A stretch of DNA of 62,626 bases, filler included, from Dimorphilus gyrociliatus (Eukaryota > Animalia > Annelida): the NCBI GenBank assembly GCA_904063045.1. It is 4 parts of 4 records of this genome, joined end to end, with 100 filler letters (N's around TTAATTAATTAA, not from the genome) between each part and the next. Parts side by side here need not be neighbours in the genome. Positions count along the whole stretch, not along the records: positions 27,486 to 54,213 come from CAJFCJ010000103.1; 3 more parts are not named here. One strand, given 5' to 3'. Positions 32,701 to 46,889 of the stretch are shown one piece after another (within the stretch, counting starts at the first letter, position 1; each line of letters starts with the position of its first letter). The notes under the pieces are model-generated. The model was given only the letters and a program-made list of their open reading frames with translations. It was not told the DNA's origin and searched no databases. Position numbers and translations under genes: made by a program.

Positions 32701-35700
32701 AATGTTCATATTTTAAATCTTCTAAAGGGAATAGCATGAATATCTTATTAAAATGCATTCGAAACAATTCAAGTAAAGATGATTTTGTTGTTAGTTTAAG
32801 AAATACAAAAAATGAGTTATATTCAAATGATAAACTTCATTCCAATAAATATTTTATTGGTAAACCTGAAGCAGTAATAAATAATTCCACTTTTAGATTA
32901 ATAGCTTTTTATGATAATGAAATTCAAACATTTTGTAAACATTTAAATTATGATTATGGTGTATTTGTATTGGATAAAACTGAAGAGAAATTGATATTAA
33001 ATCATGTTATATATAAAACATCTAACAAGATATTAAATGACGGAGAAAACTTATTGAAATTTTCAGCAAGAGGAACATTTGTTTTGTTCTATGTTTTTAA
33101 TTGTGAAAAGAATTCTTTAGATTTAAGATTTTGTATTTTTAAATACAAAGAGCAGCGTTTTGACATATTTGTAAAAAGATGGCTAAAATTAAGTGATTAT
33201 TTTATAAAATGTTTAAACAGTTTAAAAAGTCAATATTTTTCATATTTCCTTATTGAAATACATAAGAAATATATATTTTATTTAATTTTCAGATATTCAA
33301 TGCTCTTCACCAAAAATGATTAATGTTTTGGGTATCTGCTATAAGATATTTAAAAAACAGCAAATAATTTCAACAGAAAATTTAAATAAAATGTGCCAGA
33401 AGAGAGGAATGAATTTAGCTGATTATCCTTCCAAGAATAAATATTATCTTTTACAATTTCTAATTAGTGTTGGTAGATTTTTTTATGGAAATGATTTAAA
33501 ATTTGGTTTTTTTCATGGTTTTTTTTTCTATAAGTTTTTTGTATTAAAAAATATATAAAAAAATCTATTTTGTTTAGTTGCTCAAAGAACAACAACAAAG
33601 AGAGATAAACAACAATTGGTTACTGCTGGAAACTATCCAATTGCCTATCTTATAGTATATTCAAAATTTTTGTTATAGACATTTTTTCAAAATATCTTTG
33701 TAATATATTTTTGAAATTCTATTTTAAAGAAAAATTCTGGGATAGCAAAGAATTTTGAATATGAACAGAATATCTTTGGCTATGAATTGAAATTCCATCT
33801 TCAACTTTTTACTTCAAACTTACACTTACAATCAGTTGGATGCTTTAAACCTCGGGTTGACTTATATGTTTGTCAACAAGTTCTGGGTTTGTATTCTTAT
33901 TTGATATTGAAATAATTCTCTATTTTTAACTTTTTCTTCTTTTATATCAGAAATAAATAGAACTGAAAATTTATTTTATTCAAATGCCAATAAACAATTT
34001 GAATGCTTATACAGTTTTCTCTGTTCGAAAGATGACGTTTGTATAAGTATTTTGTATATTTGTGATGGTACAAAAGACTGTCCAACTGGAGAGGACGAAT
34101 CGAATTGTTCAACAGAATTGGATCTAGATGAATTTCATTGTTTGGATAAAAGCCACCAAACAACAAGTTATCAATTAGTTTGCAATTTTATAGAAGACTG
34201 CAAGAATGGATTAGATGAGAAATTTTGTGGTTTGAACAGAAAGAATTTAATTAAATATTTTTCAATTGCATTGTCTATTTTTTGAACAGTTCGAGAAGGT
34301 TGTAAAGAGGGGTATAGGTAATTTTTTGCCTAATTCTCTCAGAGAGAAATTTTTAACTTAGTCCCGTTTTATGATCAACTAACTGATTTTCAGTGCGTGT
34401 AAAAATGGTCAATGTATACCATTCAAATTTGTTTGTAATAATGAAAAGAATTGTTTGGATGGATCGGATGAAAATTGCAATTCAAAAAATGCATTAGTCT
34501 CTATTTACAAAACAAGTTTAAAATTTTTTTTCAAATATTCGAAATATTTCTAATATTTGCAATTTCTCTTCATAATCCTATGTTAAGAATGTAATCCTAT
34601 TGCGCAGTATAATTGCGATAATGTGTGTCTGCCCAGTTGGATTATTTGTGATGGAATATATAATTGTTACAATTTAGCTGATGAAGAACCAGAACAATGT
34701 TCAAAACAAAGAAAAATGAATAATTCAAAACAGATATTTTTTGATAATGAATTCACTTCAATTGGAAATGTTTTAACTGAAATTCCAAATATTTACAGGA
34801 TAAATAAAACTTGTCAAGCTGGTTTTTATAAATGTCGTATTCAAGAATTTTGCGTTTCACTTGAATTTTTATGCGATGGAATAAATCATTGTTACTTTAA
34901 AGACGATGAAACTAATTGCGAAAATTTAAATTTTAAAGGATTTTTTAAATGTAAAAACGAGAATTATTATTTAAATTTAAACAAAATTTGTGATAATAAA
35001 ATTGATTGTAAATTTGGAAGTGATGAAATTTTTTGCTATAAAAATTCAAATATTTTTGAAAATTGTATTCAATCTTTACAATTTAAAATTGAATGCAAAT
35101 TAAATGGAAATATTGATGAAGAAATATTTCTTTTCCAAAATTTAAGAAAAGTTAATCTAATTGGAAATTTTAGAATAAAAAATTCAAATAATTTAAAACA
35201 TATAGTTTGTCTAAAAATTGAAAATAATTACATTTTGACAAACTACAAACTCTTTTTACCAAATCTAATTTCTCTTTCAATAAGAATGAGTAATATATCA
35301 AAATTAAACTTTTTATCATTTGAAAATAAATATATTCTTCAATATTTGGATGTGTCTCTAAATCCTATCAATTCAATGAATGAATTGAATAAACTTTTTA
35401 CTCCCTATCTAATCTATCTAGATATTTCTGATACTGATATTTCAGTTTTAAATTTTAATAATTTCAAAAAAATACGTCTTATTCAAATAATTAAAGCCAT
35501 AAATTGCAACCTAAAAAGAATTAGTTTAAATAAAGCAAAGTTTTTAAATAATCTACGAGAAATTCATTTCAATAATACAAAACTTCCAATAAATTTTCAT
35601 GTAGCTTTCGGAAAAATGAAAAAATTGCAAAGTTTCTTTAGCAGTAATTTTCGTTTTTGCTGTCTAATCTGGAAAATTATTAGCGATAATGTTAAATGTC

Positions 35701-36708
35701 AACCTGCAAAATCTGTGTTTAATACATGTTCAACACTTTTGAGTTCAAATCTGATAAAATCAATGTTTTGGGGTTTTGGAATAATTGGGACATTTACAAA
35801 TATTTTTTCTTTATACATAATCTCATTTTCAAAGTTTAAAGATAAATTTTACAGATGCAGTCTGGTGATTGGTGATTGTTTAACATCAATCTATTTAGTT
35901 GTTATATCATTGGTTGATGTCTACTTTAACAATCGATATTTGGAAAATGAGATCTATTGGAAAGATAGCATTCTGTGTAAATTTTGTGGAGTTCTAATGA
36001 CTAGTGGACTACTTATTGGAAATTTTAGCCTTTTCTTTATGACAATTGAAAGAAACATTGTCCTGAGAAATCCATTTCATTCATCAATTTTTACTAGATA
36101 TTCCCTTTTTCTTTCAATTTTTATCATCATTTTTGGTTGTTTATTAGGTTTATTGCCCCTCTTTTTATACAAAGTCTGTGTTTCTTTTCTCTTTCTCTCT
36201 TTATTTTATATATACCTATAAATAGAATTATTATTCACAATATTCAATTTGCTTTAACATTCAAATTGGTAGTGGTGGAAAAATTGATGGATGGAATATA
36301 TCAAAAATTATTTTTGGCCCATTTACATTATTTACAAACCTTGTAATTTTGATTGTAAATATTGATTTAATAAGAATTGCTCTTGGATCTTTAAAGAAGA
36401 AAACTTGTAGAAGAAGAAAAATTAAAAAATCATTTCTTTTGACTATTTCTACAAATGTAATTTGTTGGTTTCCACTTTCATTTTTAAGTAAAAATATGTT
36501 GTTTTTTTTTCAAATTTTTCTAAAACAAAGTAATTATTTAGTAATATTTTCAACATTTAAAGAAGTAACAATGAAAGATAATGTCAAAGTTCTACTTGTT
36601 ATATTTTTTATTCCAATTAATTCTGTATTAAATCCATTAATCTTTACCTTATCTTCTAGCTATAGTTATTACATAACCAAAATAGATGAGCTATTACAGA
36701 GAGGGTGA
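29762..36708 (+). CDS. GRL101-like LDLa-LRR GPCR with N-terminal degenerate SRCR-like repeats and a C-type-lectin-like domain (multi-exon)
   Basis: Signal peptide at 29762; repeats like [20 protein letters not shown]; LDLa CDG..DC..G.DE..C (several); [14 protein letters not shown]; hinge CC/CQP..TC..LL; 7TM ..[23 protein letters not shown]. Confidence 0.82.
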
Positions 36709-37699
36709 GATTGCTTTTCTTTCTTCACCAAACTGTTCAAATTGGTAACTGTTGTCATAGGAAAAAGAATAAACTGGAAATTGAATATTCCACAAGAAAA
36801 AAATGTAAGTAGGCTAAGAAATTTACAAACTTCTATTTATTTATCATTTTGAATTAGTTATTTCCTGTTTAAACGATTATGATGATCATCATATATGCTA
36901 TTTACAAAACTATAAATCATCATCGTCTTCTTTAATTGAAAATTATTTATTTAAAAGACTAAACTATTTTCAATGTATCAAACAAGTTTCAGTTGCCTGT
37001 TGCTTTTTACATTCACATTTCATAACATTTAGAGGATTGTTATCATTGGATAATATCATCTATAATGTAAAAAAGATTGATAACAGCCTACTCTCTCTCT
37101 CTCTCTTTCCTAAACATCTTATTTTACTCTAACTAATTTTTATTTTTAGGAAAATGAACGAAAATTTTATGTTTGTTGGAAAAGTTTTAGAATATTTTAC
37201 GATTCAACTGAAATTAATGATATTTATACTTTTGGTAAATTCATTCAGTGTATTTTGAATTTAAGAAAAAGAATTTCAAATTGACTTTATTTTTAAAATA
37301 AAAAAAATATTCAGAAAACAAAATATTTCTATTTCATATTGTTGCTATAAATGGCTTATTATAAGATATACAGAGATTTTGAACTATATATCGTTTGAAT
37401 GTCATTGATGCAAGTTGTAATCTAATGTGTAGTAAAAGAACTAGACGATTGTGTAGGATACTTTTACTCTAAACCAAACCTAGCTCTTGTTTTTCCTAAC
37501 GTTTTTAAGTCCCACTAATCTTTAGATTGGACACTCATTAGTGCATATCATTAGCAAATTGAAAACATTGGATTGTGGAAGCATGTCAGAAAATCGAAAA
37601 ATGTTGAGCAATATATTATGTATAAATCTACTTGTTAATTTTAATTGTATTGTTTATTGTTATTGTATTTATTTAAATATGACATGGAGTGAAGACATT

Positions 37700-38335
37700 A
37701 CGGATCTTGTATTCAAGAAATACAATGAATTAGGAAAACCTTAATGATGAAAACTATAACCATTTTATTGTGGAAGATGTTCTCCCTGTTATTGAAGAGA
37801 TTGAGGAAAAAATGGGGAGGAAGTACATCTTTCAGCAAGATAATGCTGGGTGTCATACTGCCAAGACAACTAAAAGAGTCCTTCAGATGAATGGTATCCA
37901 CCCTCTTGATTAGCCTGCAAAGAGCGAAGATCTCAGCCCAATTGAGAACATATGGCACCTCACCAAAAACCTGGTATACGATGGTCCACTATTTGAATAT
38001 AATGCTCTTATGAGCTTATAAAAGAGCAGCCAGGGCTGTTACCAAGTCTATTTGATGAAATGGGGCATAGGATCAGGCAATGTATTGAAAAAGATGGTAG
38101 TCACATCAGAAAATAGGACTAATATGAACACTTTTTCTCCTGTTCCAATTATTATGAAGCGCAGCCAAATAAGAAAAAAAATCAATAATACAGTTCATAG
38201 TATAGACAAAAAAAATTATGTAAAATTTTACCTAAATCCTATTTGAAAGAAAATCTTATATAAATTTAAGTTTTTTCTTAGTGAAAAAGATTTTTAATAT
38301 GTTGGCCTATTCAAAATTCGAGGTGTTCCAATTTT
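37700..38335 (+). mobile_element. Tc1/mariner relic, catalytic C-terminal half plus a TIR
   Basis: FQQDNAGCHT..SEDLSPIENIW with stops. TIR-like TTGGCCTATTCAAAATTCGAGGTGTTCC at about 38303-38330. Confidence 0.8.
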
Positions 38336-38387
38336 TAAGAAGATTACTTTTTATCTGTTAGGGTTACCTTGCAATTGGCGAACAGTC

Positions 38388-38445
38388 TAGTTCATATTTA
38401 TGTTTAGTAACAGGATGTTACAAGGTCCAAGATTCAAGAAGGCCA
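38388..38445. repeat. Short relic related to the element 1 LTR
   Basis: TAGTTCATATTTATGTTTAGTAACAGGATGTTACAAGG matches LTR1 at about 357-395. Confidence 0.7.
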
Positions 38446-38699
38446 GTCATGCTGTCAGCCTATAATATTGATTAATTATATCAAATTGTAAAAGTCTTTA
38501 AATACCAAATAGTTAAACACAAAAAAAATTGATTTTAAATTTTAAATGATATTGAATTAGTTACCAACAAAAGAATGCAAACAGGCAATAAATAGGTTTT
38601 TGCTTTTTGGATATAGTGACAAATTATAAAGTCAATTTTGCTGTAGGAATATTTCTATTCATGGAAATAATTTTTGAATAGTCTATAAAAAATTATATT

Positions 38700-39742
38700 A
38701 AATAGAAATATGAATTATTCATGCATACAATATATTAAAGATTTTTGAGGTCTTGGTACATTTACTTATCGTATGGCCAATTCCATCATACAAATTTGGA
38801 AGCAACTCTGGATTCCTGCCCATTTTTGTCTCAATCTCTTCTATAACAGGAAGAACATCTTCCACAATGAAGGAACTATAAAATTCCGCATTTAATCTTT
38901 TCCTTATCCTCCACACTTCAAATATGCCATCAGAGGTTATCAACCCCCACACCAATACTCTGCCTCTCCCCATATTTTTCGTCACCCTAAAGTCCTTTTC
39001 ACCATTGTTAGTCAATCTTTAGAGGTGAGATCTGTTCTTTGCCTGATTCTTTTGTGTTTGAAATTTTACTTTTTTAGCTCCCTTTGAATGGTTCTCAGGC
39101 TTACATCTACTTCTAATTCTTTCAAAACCTTTGCTGCTGTCACCCTTTCCTGATTATCTTTCAGCTTCTTGATGATCTTTTTCATCCTGGCTATCTCTCT
39201 GTCCAAAAGCTTCTTTGGACCGCCCCTATTGTCTTGCTCTGGCTCTTTATAGTTTATGATGTTTCTTATTGATGTTGATGCCATTCCTAAAACTCTTGCT
39301 GTTGCCCTTAATTTCCCTATTTCTGTATATTTTCTCATTACAAAATCTCTAATATCTTTACTCCACACCATTATTAAAAAAAATTCAAAAAAAATTATAT
39401 ACTGTAATTGAAAAAGTCTATAACTAAGAAACTTAACTTAAAAACAAATAAGTTAAAAAAAATTTGTTTGAGACATGTGTTTGAATGCCAAACCGGATGT
39501 CAAGTAACTGTGCCAATAATCATGTTGTTTGGCCAAATGAAGAAAAAACTTATGAAAATTACTAAAATTATTTTGGCAATAATATTTACAAAATATGATG
39601 ATTTTGTCAAATTTTTTTTAATATTACGTAAATATAACTCTTTTTCTATTAAATTTAGACAAAAACAAATACTTTACAGCAAACAAATATTTTTAACTGT
39701 TAATTACAAATTGGCCTATCACAATTCGAGGTGTTCCTATAT
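38700..39742 (-). mobile_element. Tc1/mariner relic, N-terminal half with an internal deletion
   Basis: HTH MVWSKDIRDFVMRKY..; GRGRVLVWGLIT..; TIR ending GGTGTTCCTATATA at about 39711-39742. Confidence 0.82.
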
Positions 39743-39828
39743 ATGTGTCATTCACTTTATATATATATATTTATATATTTCTTAAAAAGAGCAAGAAGTT
39801 GCATTACTTTTTTAAGTATTTCTTTTAG

Positions 39829-42641
39829 ATGATTTTGAAAAAGTGTTTTGTTCAAGTGAGGACTTTAAACACAAACATGCTAAAATATGTATTATTGGTT
39901 TAAGGAGAAGATACATAGACTCTTCAAATAAATTCTGGTTAAATAGAAATTATAGAAAAATAGAAAATATTTTTTATGATGATTCTTTCAAAGAGACTAA
40001 AGAATATATTGAAAAATTTTCACAAAGAATGAGAAATTTAAATCTAGAAAATTCTATTCAAACAGATTTATGCAATGGTATTCAATCTCCTGGAAAATAT
40101 AATATTGCCCTAAATAAAGAAATATTGCATAGTCATCATATTGCATATCCTGAGTATATTTATGATAAAAACCATTTAACAGATGGCGTTGTTCACTCAA
40201 ATCAAAACTTAGGTGGATGTACACAATTACTTTCTAATAGTGATACTGATGGTTTACAAGATTCTATTCAACTATGGATTTCTATTGACTTGGTTAAAAT
40301 ATATACAGTAAAGCAATTAATTATATATCTCCCAGATATTCCAGGTTAATATATATTTTTATGAATTTCTTACAAAAATCTTTCTCATAGCAGTATTATT
40401 GGATGATCTATTTTTTATATTTTTCATATTTCATATTCTATCTTATTTATTTAATAATTATTTCCCAGCATACAACAAAAATATTGAAATATCTGTTACA
40501 AACTCTTCTGATTCCCTTTCTTCACCTAATTTATGCTTTGAAGTTGATGAAAATTATACAGATCAAGACAATAATTTTCTAACTTTAACAAATAAAATAA
40601 ACATATTTCAATGCAAAAATGATATTTCTCCTGGTCAGTTTTTAAATATTTCTATTTTTGATTCATCAAATGTTACAATATGTGAAATTGAAGTTCATAC
40701 AAGTCAGTATCTTTAAAAAATTATTCCTATATATTTAGTTATTGTTATTATTTAGTTATTGTATTATACTCTTGTTTTTCCTTATCTCTCTCTTTTTTTG
40801 ATCGGCTACATTTACATAACACTAAAACAACAGATAATTTAGCACTAAATGCAGACTCATTTGTTTCAACTGTAAAACAAGACAGTCAGTATTATGCAGG
40901 ATATGCTTTGGAAGGACAACCAGTATCAAACATTTATACATAATCCAAAGAAAAGGATCATTTTTTTGCATTCATCTAAAAGGAAAATTTATAATATATG
41001 ATATTGAATTATTTGATTTCTCTATTGAAAGTTATCTACAAATTTTTATCATAAACAGATATTTTTTTGTTAATACTGAGGAATTTGATGAGAATGAAAG
41101 CTGCTTTGATTCAAAAAAAGAATATACCAATGAATATGTCTATATCAAATATAAAAATATATTGCTAGGTGAATATGTATTACTTTTTGGATCCAGTAAT
41201 GGAAATTCTGTAATAGCATTGAGAAGTATCAATATTATTGGAATGTATATATCAGAGCCTGGTAAATAAAACAATAGTTCTATATAGAGATGAACATAGA
41301 TTTTTTTTTAAAAAAACATAGATTTTGTAAACATTGCCAAAGGAAAACCTTGTTGGCTGTCTTCAACATTTTCTGACCAGAATAATCTAGAATATCCATT
41401 TTATGCAACATTTGCTACTGATGGCTTTAATGCACACTATATGGCTGCTAGTATTTTAAACACACATATAATAAAATGGATGTTTATTAATCTTATTGAT
41501 ACATATACAATAGATTATATTTGTATTCATAGAACTTTTCATAAATCACATCGATATGATAAATTTGAATTTAAAATCATGGTTCATCTTGATGGCTTTG
41601 ACCCTTTCAAAAAATTAAATACATCTGATTGCACCAATATAAATGGTAACTCTGAACATGGTGGTACAGTTCAATGGAAATGTAACAATCATATTTATGG
41701 CAGATTTCTATTCATTCAAGATTCAAATACAAATCAATTGGAAATTTTTGAAATATTGGCATATGGAAAAAAATATTTTAATAAAAATTTACAAGAGATT
41801 CCATTAATAGAAGTCATTTCAAATAAATTGTCTTTTTGGAATTCTGAAAATTCTCCTTTAAAAATTATAGATGGGAATTTTTACAATATTGAAAGTGTAC
41901 AAAAATATTCATCTTGTTCAAAGATATCATCAACTGGAGAAATTATTCTTAAATTTAAATTTGATCAATTTTATCTTATTGATCATGTTATCCTTCAACC
42001 TTTTTTTGATGTAGAAACTGGTAATCTATCTAATGAATTTTTATTAATATTTATATTTAAAAATCTACACATATTTATAGATTTTAAGCATATTTCCTTA
42101 TATATTGTAAAACTAGAAAATGAATATTACATAAAAAATTTATGTGGCAATTTCAATACAAACAAAGCAATAATTAAATCTCTTATTGAGATTAAATGTC
42201 TTCAACAAACTATTGGAAATGAAATATTTTTAATAAAGCATATAGATAATACATTAACCTCAAATGAGTTAAAACTTTGTGAGGTTAAAGTATTTGGAAA
42301 GAAACAAGGTAAGCAGAATTTTTTTGGCTTTTGAAAAAATTGCAATGTTTGTTGTTTTTTAAGAAAACTTTAGAAAGAGAAATTTTAGCATAGTCCTTAA
42401 GAAAGAAACAAAATTGATTAATATAAATACTTCTAATGGATTCCATTCAATAATAATCACCAGCTTTTTATCATGTTTAAATCATTGTGATTTGAGTAAA
42501 AGTCTATTTTTTTCATATAATTTTTTAAATAAACATTGTTTACTGTCTTCATTGAATGTTACAAGTAGTGAATTGGAATACTCACCTCATTCTACTATTG
42601 GTTATTTGATAATCACCCCTCATCTAAATGAAAATTGTTAG
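39829..42641 (+). CDS. Multi-exon protein with tandem fucolectin (FTP) / F5-8 type C domains and a C-terminal PAN-like module
   Basis: NIALNK..LTDG..CT..WISIDL..VKQLIIY; NIAKGKPCWLSS..ATDG; repeated LCEVKVF ends. The first visible exon starts at a splice acceptor (39829), so 5' exons lie upstream. Confidence 0.72.
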
Positions 42642-43628
42642 TGCTTTTTTTTCCTTCAGTTTATAGTTGATAGTGATTATCTTCATTTGTTGAAAGTTTG
42701 TGTGTTTATATGTATTTCAAAAATGTTAATACAATGAATTAACCTCAAAAATTTTGAATCTTGAAAATATAAAGTTGAAGTTCAGATAACTTGTAAAAAT
42801 TTTGGCATTCATTATAATAATAGATTATAACTAATAGATTTTGACTGGGGAAAATATAAGAAATTTATATCTTTAGAAATGGCTGTAAGAGTGAAATGGA
42901 TGAAGAAACTCCCTCTTGTTCATCCCATATCTCAAATTGATTATCAACCATATGTGATGCTGAAAACTTAAAATATTGATTTAGAGTGAGTTACATCTCA
43001 ATGGGGCATTTGCTACAAAGACCAATGAATGAGTTGCAATCTGACAGAGCAATACAGTGTACACTCTATAGCTAGAGATAAGAGGCAGGCAAACTTTGGA
43101 AATGCATTTCCTTTTGTGCATTTGGTCAAAGATTTTAAAAGATATAGTGTACCAAATGTTTTTAACTAGTCAATTAAAATCTTGAAACTTTTGAATCAAT
43201 TAGATGCTGTTCTAGTATATTTTATAATGATCATAATCTGTAGTAGCAGTGTAGCAGTAAGATAGTCTCTTTTAAGACAAAGCAAGTTTTATCATTTTTA
43301 AAAGAAATAAGAAAAAGTATATAAAATATATATACTGTAAAATGAAAAACTTTTCTTTGTAGTTACAATAGTTAGCAAACTAAAGCTCTGCTTTTGAGAA
43401 AACTGGAAGATATCAAACTCTGCATTACCAGTTGTATTTCATGGCAAAGAAAGTAGTCCCTTACTTCCTGTTTACATGATTTGAAAGTGTAAAGGTAAAA
43501 TTTAATATTCTTATATTTGCTTAGCCTTTTAAGGACATAACCCTGTGAGCATAATTTTAATGTTAAAAAAATGTTTATTTTATATATAGGTTGTTATATT
43601 TTTTTCTAGTGATATCTTAAATTCCAAG

Positions 43629-43730
43629 ATGGCTTCACTTTGTCCAAATTGTGACATTTGTTTTTATGACAGACAAAAGAAGATAAATGTGTTGAATGCC
43701 AAAAATTTCTCCACCAAAAGTGTTTCAAGG
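43629..43730 (+). pseudogene. Relic of a MULE PHD-like first exon
   Basis: MASLCPNCDICFYDRQK(frameshift)KCVECQKFLHQKCFK followed by GT mirrors MAPVCINCNKRFYGRQRKMKCNDCQDYVHAKCIK of the MULE at 26926. Confidence 0.7.
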
Positions 43731-45004
43731 GTAGATGTCTTTTCATAAATAAACAGGATATATATATATTTATATTTAATAAGTTTTTTTTTAAAGATCC
43801 AACTCAGGACATTTGCAATATTTGTGAACCATTCCCCAAAATGATGACATGATCTTTCACATGCATACTAAATTTCCAGCATTTGTGGATTTTCCCCCAA
43901 TGGAGTAAAATTTCTCTTACAATTTTTTGCAGAGAGGTTAAACTAATATTTAATTTATCATTGTCCAATATTTGAATCTAGACTTCTAGATGGGCTATCA
44001 TTTGATTTTTCACATGAGAGTTTATTGGATATTGATGAATCTTTTCTCTACCTTCTAAAAATAAAGCAACTAATGAATATCTATATGTGATAAAAATTTG
44101 CCTTTTTCTTTACAGCAAAGATTTTCTTGAAAGACACTTTTTCCACCAACATTCGAATTTAAATTTGAACGAATAAATAAATGATGTTTTAACATTGAAA
44201 ATTCAATTAATTTCAAAAGAAATTTTCCATATCTCTATCTACAAAATTCAATGAATTAAATATAAATACAATTACCCTAATTCATTTAAATTCTTACTCT
44301 TGCATTCTCTATAACAGTAATCCTGTGCGTAACACTTCAAGACCTACAATTCACTATCTTACCAGGTAATAAAAGTATTTAAATTTTCCAAAGTGCCGAG
44401 TCATGATTTACTCTAACGATTTAAAAACTAAATGTAATGTAAAGGTATAATGTTAAAATAAGTTTGGCACGTTGCCAAATTCAACATTCAACTTGGTTAT
44501 CCATAATTCTTTTATTGAGTGGTTCACAGACACAAGTGGGAGAATTTTTAGTCTAGTATATAAAGTAGTATTTTCTATCAGACATATAATGTTTTTGTTA
44601 ATCATCAATTGAATAAAGTATAAAAGAAGGCCTTAATTTTTCTAGCAGTGTATTATTAGGAACTAAAGTGTAGACATTTTAAGGTAAGAACATTTACTTT
44701 CTCCTACTTTCTATGAAAAATATGATATTTTGCATAATTCATTTCTAAAAATCAATTATAAAATGAATAACAGTTGTTCAAATTTTAAGTACCATCAAGA
44801 AAATTTCATAATATCTTTGAATTGAAAGAGTATAAAGTTCAAAATTATTTGGCTCATTCCAAGGAAGCCATTTTGATTTTATTTCTTCATATTGATTTTA
44901 AAGGATAAACGATTTTAAATACAGCAACATAAAACGGTACCAATTTTTTGGAAAAAATACTAAAATTTAAGGGCATTGTAGAAAATTAGATGTAGAAAGG
45001 GATA

Positions 45005-45007
<3 letters not shown>

Positions 45008-45051
<44 letters not shown>

Positions 45052-45052
45052 T
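45008..45052. repeat. (GAAA)n(GA)n microsatellite
   Basis: Read directly from the sequence. Confidence 0.9.
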
Positions 45053-45888
45053 GAGAAATAGAAAGTAAAAAAAAACATTTGAAATTTGTTTATGAAATGT
45101 TGAAATTCAGAAAATGAATATAAATGGGAATAGTATAAAAACTACTTTTGCATAGAAATCATTATTCATATCCACATTAACAATCAATAATGATAGTGCT
45201 ATGGAAAGAAAAAAGTATGATATAATAATATATCTATTTTTAATCTATCAATCTTCTTACCAAGAAGAAGAGTAACTGGTAACCAAGAACTAGTATTTAA
45301 TATGACACAAAATAAACATTATTGGAGTAATGTCACTACTCCTTTTTTAAACTTTGTATTTATTTTTCTCTAACATAAAATCCTTTATCACTTCTGATAT
45401 GATCCGACAAGCAGAGGGATGATTGATAAAACTTGTATAAAAGAAAGTTTTCTTCTTTTAATATAATTCATCTATCTAATAATAAGTAATGTAGTTGTCC
45501 ATTTAAACAATTTGTGAACCCTTCAACAAAATTACTTATTCTTATTGCATATTGATAGATAAACCATCTTTTTTCTATTTCTTTTGTATCAAATTCTAAA
45601 TCGTTTCCATCCATTTGTTCTTATACTCAGCTACTTTGAGGATATTTTCTTCCCTTTGAGAATCTTCAGCCCCTCTATTCAGTTCATTTGGTCCTGTTTT
45701 AAAAAAAATGCCATTCAAGGTAAAAAAACAATATGAACCTTACTATTCTCTTGTGAGTCTTTATACAAGATTTCTGTCAATTTCATATCATTTTTTGAAT
45801 TTTTTCTAAATAAAAAGGTATTTATAGATATATGTAGTCAATGGTCATAATAAATAGGTTACATCATTACGATAGAATGAAAAAGTAC

Positions 45889-46468
45889 TCACAAATGACA
45901 ACTATCGATTTTTGTTTTACAGCATCTCCAACAAATTCTAACAAAACCAAATAATGCAAGAAAGATGAAAAAACAAAAAGCCAGTGCAATACTCAAAAAT
46001 AATACGTGTATTGCAAGGAAAATTTCCAAATACATTTCATATATGTAACATTGTATAAGTGAAGTATCCATTTTTTGTATATATTTCACAGACACTGGCA
46101 TGAATATAATATTAATTATTTTGATGAAAAGCACCGAAAGTAATAATCCATTTGGTAACAAAAACATGTACAGAACTGTTACAGAAAAACTGTCTATAAC
46201 CCAAAAGATAAAAAATGATATGCTGAAAAATTTTATAAAAATGAAAAAAATGAAAATATTTTCCGTCACTGAGAATAATTTACCTTTTAGCATCAAAATC
46301 TGAGAAAAAAATATTTGTTGTATTTGATTCTGGATATTCAAATATTGTCTTAGCATTTGGAAGAAACACTATAACGAGGGGCATCAGTTGGCAAACTGGT
46401 AAAATAATATAAAGTGAGAATTTAAAAAATTTTTTAAAAGAACTTTCACTGTCCCAAAATGTGTTCAT
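45889..46468 (-). CDS. Small multi-pass membrane protein of unknown family, probably spliced
   Basis: Hydrophobic stretches in ORFs 46280-46468 and 45889-46356. No recognised motif. Confidence 0.35.
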
Positions 46469-46889
46469 TTTGATTTTTCGTTTTGCCTTATGCCTTCGAA
46501 ACCTAGTGTCTTTGTGAGTAATGTCTGAATGTTTATATAAATATTTAGATATCCATGGTTTTTTCCTGGGAAAACCCTGGAAAAATTAGTCACAAATAAC
46601 CATTGCAAGAAGACCCAAATAAAAGACTAAGAAACCTTTGGCAGCCATTTTGTTATTGTGAAATCTACTTTCTGTTTTGATTTAGGTAAAGAAAAAGCTT
46701 TTATAGGTATTGCTACAAAATCATTACCTACATCATCTTATACAATTTTCATAATAGATTATGCTTAAACTATTTTACTATACACAACTTTTAACAATCT
46801 GATTATCTAACCTACACAGTAAAACACAATAGATTTGTCAAATAATATTTCAATTATTTTCCTAGAGGTTCAATTTATATTAGGGATAA

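Noticed and set aside
44440-44560. Possible PHD-like relic (CVCEPLNKRIMDNQVEC) on the minus strand
   Set aside because: Too short and interrupted to support as a feature.
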